Positions 58,501-64,000 of a DNA stretch of 64,000 bases are shown here, piece after piece. The stretch covers positions 33,548,401 through 33,612,400 of the forward strand of contig CM120641.1 in NCBI GenBank assembly GCA_051362555.1, read 5' to 3'. Every line of letters starts with the position of its first letter. The first letter of the stretch is position 1. The translations under genes were made by a program, and so were the position numbers. Below the pieces are notes generated by a model that was not told the origin of the DNA, ran no database searches, and saw nothing but the letters and a program-made list of their open reading frames with translations. The DNA is from Lingula anatina (lineage: Eukaryota > Animalia > Brachiopoda).

Positions 58501-59390
58501 AGGCACAATTTCACCAAAACTGAACCGATCAAGCTTATTTTCGAACCTCATCTGTATTTTAGTAAATCTGATCACCCCTGTGAATTTCAAGACGATTGGC
58601 CAATTGATTTTCCTTGAAATGTGTTATCGGTGTTGCACATATGCTGAAATAGTGAAAAAACAGCATAACTTCCATAAAAATGGCCCGATCAGACTGATTT
58701 TCGAACTTGACCTGCGTATTATGAATATTCATCAGTTCTGTAAGTTTCAAGCCAAAAGGTAAAACGATTTTTCGCTTATCGTGTTATCGGTGTTGCATTT
58801 ATGCTGAAAAAAATGAAAAAATAGCATAACTTCCACAAATATGGCCCGATCATGCTGATTTTCGAACTTGACCTGCGTATTGTGAATATTCATCAGTTTT
58901 GTAAGTTTCAAGCCAAAAAGTAAAATGGTTTTCCACTTATCGTGTTATCGGTGCTGCATATATGCTGAAAAAAGTGAAAAAACAGCATAACTTCCCTACA
59001 AGTGACCCGATCAAGCTGATTTTCGAACTTGACCTGCGTATTATAAATATTTATCAATTCTGTAAGTTTCAAGCTGAAATGAAAAACAGTTTTCCACTTA
59101 TCGTGTTATCGGTAAAAGTGCACGACGGCGACGACAGACGCAGGTGATGGCTATATGTACAGACACATCTGTGTCTGTACATAATAATGAAACTGGTCTA
59201 AATATCAGTATTTAATCTTTAATATATTTTCAGACCATTACAAAAATTCCTATTGGATCCTATAGGAAATCTTATAGGAATTTCTATAAGAACCTATAAG
59301 AAATCCTATGCTAATTCATATAGTGATTTTTTATAAAGCCGGGTTGAATGAAAAATAATGAAACTGGTCTTAATATCAGTATATAATGTA
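55600..59390. repeat. Tandem array, ~177-bp unit, ~6 copies, split by a family B insertion
   Basis: ATAAGG..GGGTTGAATGAAAAATAATGAA.CTGGT recurs at 55711, 55922, 56098, 56275, 56451 (continued at 59184) and 59332. Confidence 0.9.
56472..59183 (-). mobile_element. HINE family B, uninterrupted ~2.7-kb copy
   Basis: Both termini intact. 160-bp monomers at 58683, 58843 and 59004. Inserted in the A-run of GAAAAATAATGAA with no TSD. Confidence 0.9.
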
Positions 59391-60594
59391 TTTTTACTTT
59401 TTGTGTGATCATATTCACTTACTTCATATTTCTTCTATTACATTGAACGTCAACCTTATCTAATCGGATTTTACTTGACCTTGGCTGTTTTAAAAAGTGA
59501 AAGTGCAATCCTGCCTAATATATAAAATATAATGTATAAGTATAAGTGAACTTTATGGGTATAGTACTGTCCCTCATAAAGGATGGGAAACGGGGACAAA
59601 TTAAAATAATATAAAGATACATTTTATTATAAACCATGCTCAATCACTTGTAAGGTTTAAGGGGGGAATGTAGGTTTGAGATTTTCTCTTAAAATAAAGG
59701 TCTGGGCTTTTTTATTCCTGTCACATTCATTTAATGTATCTTCAAAATATCTAATAATGCTTGGAACAAAGCTCCAACTTCATTGTGTGACATAATATTG
59801 GGATTTTGGGGACAAAAACACCATTTTTATACACCTGATTTTCTCAGGCACCTGGACAGCTATAAACTTGCTTTTGTTGGCATTATAACACTTGAACAAA
59901 GTACTACAGCATGGAGTCAGGGATTTTTCTTCAGACACTTATTGTTGATTTTATCTATCAAAACGTGAAATTACATCAAAATATTAGGGAATTTTCACTT
60001 TCAAAGTCTATAAATTAGAAAAGAGAGGATCAATCAAAATTTCTTATAAAGCACTTTTAGTGCATACTTTTCATAATTAGCATGGTGAATTTGGTCTCCC
60101 TCAGGTGTACAGGTAGACTTGCTAAGATAATGCTATCTCGTCAATATTGAAAGCAAAGAAAACGAGCAAAAACCCTTTCAGGGAGGTTAATTGTCCAAAT
60201 TAGCAAATTAAATTGTTGGCAGCTTTACCTGTTATCGTTCTGACGATTGCGAAGATGAGTACTCTATTGCCGGTTGAAATTAGCTTGTCTGCATGCATTT
60301 GGATGTCAGAAAATCTTATTTTTGTATCAATCTCACCTCCTGTTAGTAACTTCAAGGGGTTACCGCTAGCACTGCCAGAATGATTGACAGGCAATCAAGT
60401 AAGCCCTAATGACTCAAGCAATCAGTGGCCACGTCAATTGCCGTCGGGGCAAGTGTAAGGGATGCACTCTAGGATGTGCACACAATAGCAGCATCGCAGG
60501 CGGTCTTGTCCACATTCGCCAAGCGAAAAATGGTTCGAAAACACGGTCGTGTTACAGGAAGCCGATCGGATCAAATTGCCCAAGTTGCAAGATT

Positions 60595-61571
60595 CAGGGG
60601 CGTAACCAGACCTTTAAAATTGTACGCACAGATTTTTTAAATTCCCAGCAAAATGTAGACTAACACAAGAGATGAAGGACAGCGTAATTACAGCATATGT
60701 ACCACACATCGCAGTTTAATTTCCATTAATAATAAAATCATCATTTAATCAGAAATATTCTCGCAATTAAAAAAGTTTCAATATTCTTATTACCCAGAAC
60801 GGTAAATTTATTTAAAAGGAGGCTAGCTTTGCACATGTGGAACCCCCTTCGAATAATCCTGGATCCACCATTGAGTTGAACTAACATACGGTTTCATTCA
60901 CCTTACATGTGGATGCATGGCTCCCAAAGACAACCAATTGTACGACACGACAGAGCTCTGATACATCTAAGTTTAATTATTTGTTTGTAAAAATTCCCCA
61001 TGTCACCCTGTTAGTTTGGAGGGGTTAGCTGGGTCAAGTCCGTGTCAAAATTCTTTGAAGCTTTGCAGGAAAAATTCTTCCTTTGTTTCTCTAGCTACAT
61101 GTACTTCTTAAACCTGGCTTCCAGATTTTATCTAGTGCTCCCAGGGTTGTGGGAGCTGCTCTTTGAAAATAACACTCGGGCAGATTTTTGCCTGAGATAA
61201 ATATCGCCAGCAAGAATGCGTTCGATATTCTCAAGAAAGAAGGTACATAAGAGTTGAGGGCCACTGAACCCTCCAATTAAGAGGTAAAGGAAGTTCCAGT
61301 TAGATGGACGATTGAGATGGACAGAACTTGTTAAGGTTACAGACATTGTATACCTCAATTTGCAAGACGGGGGGGGAGGGGGGGTCAGAACAATTGTGCC
61401 TATACAATTGATACAAAGGATTTGTACATACAGGTGACTTTAATAAGCAGAGGATTTTCTTTTATATTCCGTGAAAAATACACTAAATTTATATAAAATA
61501 ATATCATGGTTGGCAAAAAAAAAAAAATTGTACACACAGTGCATCCGTGCGTATGCCTAGTTACGCCCATG
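60595..61571. mobile_element. MITE with hAT-like TIRs
   Basis: CAGGGGCGTAAC ... GTTACGCCCATG. No clean 8-bp TSD seen. Confidence 0.65.
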
Positions 61572-62532
61572 TAGATTTTTAAAATCTAACGATAGTATGA
61601 CGGTTGCTGTCACGGGTAGCAAGCAACAGAATTTTCATTTTTTTTTTTTTTTTTGCGTATCTCAAAAAGTTAACAAGAAAATCGAAAGAGCGCGTGTAAC
61701 AACAAGCAATTCAAAGATGAACGCGTATTTCGAGCAAATCCAATGTGTTGGAAAAGATTCATCTTAGCGCTGATCACAATCAAGAGCGACTATCAAAACA
61801 GCTTAAGCGGAACAATAGGCACTGCTTTGCCGATCGCTGTTTATGACAAAGGGGGTATGACGCATCCCTCTTCTATTGTTTCTCGAGTCGGGCTGATGCT
61901 GCTGAGGTCCGCCCACCGAGTTTACCCATGCCAACGGCCCTTGACAACGAAGGCGGGGCATAGACCAGGCCACCGGTGCCGATGTGTGCAGCATCAGAAT
62001 CCTCAGAAAAAAACATATTTTTTGTTCAAAATGTAAAAATTTTCTGTTAAATGTTAGATACACATTTGACCAATAATTAGACATAAAAAACCAAAATTGA
62101 CGATTTTTAGCTATATTTGGGTACATCCGTCCCTTAACAGTCAACTGATGTTAGCTAGAGAATGCCCTACTCCACCAGCCATAACCACAGATTCAACAAC
62201 TGTGAATTTCTTTTGTTAGCCTGGCACCTATTATTAGGTCACTACTCCTGTAGCTATTGTTACACTAGTAACAGTAACCGCCTATTAGGTGTTATCAGAT
62301 GTGTGGTATCCTGGCTAAGTCTTTGTTTATATGAGACAAGCAGCAAATGAGTATACAGCTATCAAGACAGTTTAAATTCAGGAGCATAGTGGAAGGGTAC
62401 AGAGTGTAGAAAAATCGGATTGAGGAAGGTATGTATTAGTATGTATTACAGTAATGCATTGGATCATTTGGGCATCTAATCAAATTGAAAATGAGATAAT
62501 TAATTGATCTAATTTGTAGTGTACATTGTAAA

Positions 62533-62578
<46 letters not shown>

Positions 62579-63531
62579 CATAAACAAGTTATAATTTATA
62601 ATGAAGAAACAAGGATACATAATGCAATCATTGTTTAGTCTCTTTATTTCTTATAAAACTGTGATCAATTGTTCATATTTCTTTAAATGCAGTTGAATCT
62701 AAAAAAAATGACATTTCATTTAACTTTTGGTTTGTGATTTATTAAAAATTATCTATTTAATGTTATCCACAACTGCCTCCAAGGGACCATCATGATATAT
62801 AACTGAGGAAGACCCATGCTAATAAATAACATACAATTAAGTACCAGTCTCTGTAAGAATCAGAAAAATAACATAGGGGCATTGGAACATGACCCTCCCA
62901 GATTTTGTTTTCTTTTAATTTATTGTGAAGAACTATGCTAAAAACTAATAAATTGAGCCCGAAAAGTTGCATATTTAAAATAATTTATTTTTTAGAGCGT
63001 TTTATATTTAAGCCTGAAATTTTTCTCCCATATGCTTTTCTATATAAAATGTTCAGGTAACCCCATATTCACTGACAAATAACTCGTATGGCCGACGTAG
63101 TTATGTAAGATGGCTATACAAGATGTTTACAGCATATATTCAGGTACCAAAAAATGAAATAAAATTTTTTTCAAAACACAAAATGGTTAAAGTGATAATA
63201 ACTCTTTGTTTCGGCCAAAAAATGAATTTTCCTGGAGTAAACAACAATTTTCCCATACTTACCAATGGTTAATGAATCCATTTTTACATTCAAAGTTAGT
63301 CCCTGGTTTTTTTCTGAAAAGTTTGTTTTTTTGTTAAAATCTCTTAAGAGATTTTAACAGAGTATAGCCATCAATGGAGGTCACGTGGTCTAAAGACAAG
63401 CTCAGATATCAGAATAATAGCTATAACTGCCGTTTTTGTGGTAAAACAGAATATATTATATTTCTATGAGTTATTCACAAATGTTTTTATTGTGAAATAT
63501 AGATCTCATACGAAGAGTTATTATCCCTTTA

Positions 63532-64000
63532 AACTAGAGGATCAGAGAGGCGATACCGCCTCCAAATATTGTACCACCAGCTGGAGCAAACGCATTCGTA
63601 TAGACCCCCACATACACAAAATAAGGGACACAGCCACCAGTTTTGTGCTTGACAAGCTGTAAAAATGCAATCAACAAGAATTTTTTAACTATTGCAAAAA
63701 ATATATATGGTACAATCAAATTTAAGTTCTTCGTAAGGTAGGTCAAGGCTCAATTTCAAGGTCACAGTAAATTGCCAGTATATGACTTCCTATTCAAGTT
63801 AAAAAGTAACTATGGACCTATCTCTGTCAAGTTTGAAGTTAAAAGAGAAAGAAATTAGCAGAGTTCAGTTCATGATAAAAAGTAGGTCAAAGGTCAATTT
63901 CAAGGTCACACTTAGATTGCCAGTATAGGACTTCCTATTCAACTTCAATAGTAACTATGGACCTATCTCAGCCAGTTTTGGAGATAAAAGGGAAGCAAAA
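63532..64000 (-). mobile_element. HINE family A copy, cut by the window edge
   Basis: Nearly identical to 15491 onward, including the start of the 146-bp array. Confidence 0.92.

Noticed and set aside
62760-62850. Signal-peptide-like exon on the - strand (DWYLIVCYLLAWVFLSYIS)
   Set aside because: In-frame TGA follows and there is no clear donor; it cannot be linked to the TM exon at 44.4 kb.

Overview
AT-rich, intron-rich animal genomic DNA; the repeat families and proteins suggest a lophotrochozoan or other marine invertebrate (inference). Two complete spliced genes could be assembled by hand with consistent GT-AG phases: DHRS7B (- strand, 6 coding exons, 305 aa, 15262-20702) and USP22 (+ strand, 13 coding exons, 499 aa, 22091-28846). 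They lie head-to-head around a motif-rich promoter, the same pairing as in human. Fragments of a third, probably degenerate, single-pass membrane protein gene lie on the - strand at about 32.8-44.4 kb. The rest is mostly nested mobile DNA: two Helentron-associated (HINE/DINE-1-like) families carrying internal satellites (146-bp and ~160-bp monomers), a 5'-truncated RTEX-like LINE, a near full-length two-ORF Proto2-like LINE, a non-coding LTR element with a PPT, several MITEs, a Tx1/L1 remnant, and a ~177-bp tandem array made from a transposon-end/host junction. The most unusual signal is a canonical -1 slippery heptamer (A AAT TTT) at the end of ORF1 of the two-ORF LINE, whose ORF2 has no usable ATG. 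All family and clade assignments come from reading motifs, not from database searches.
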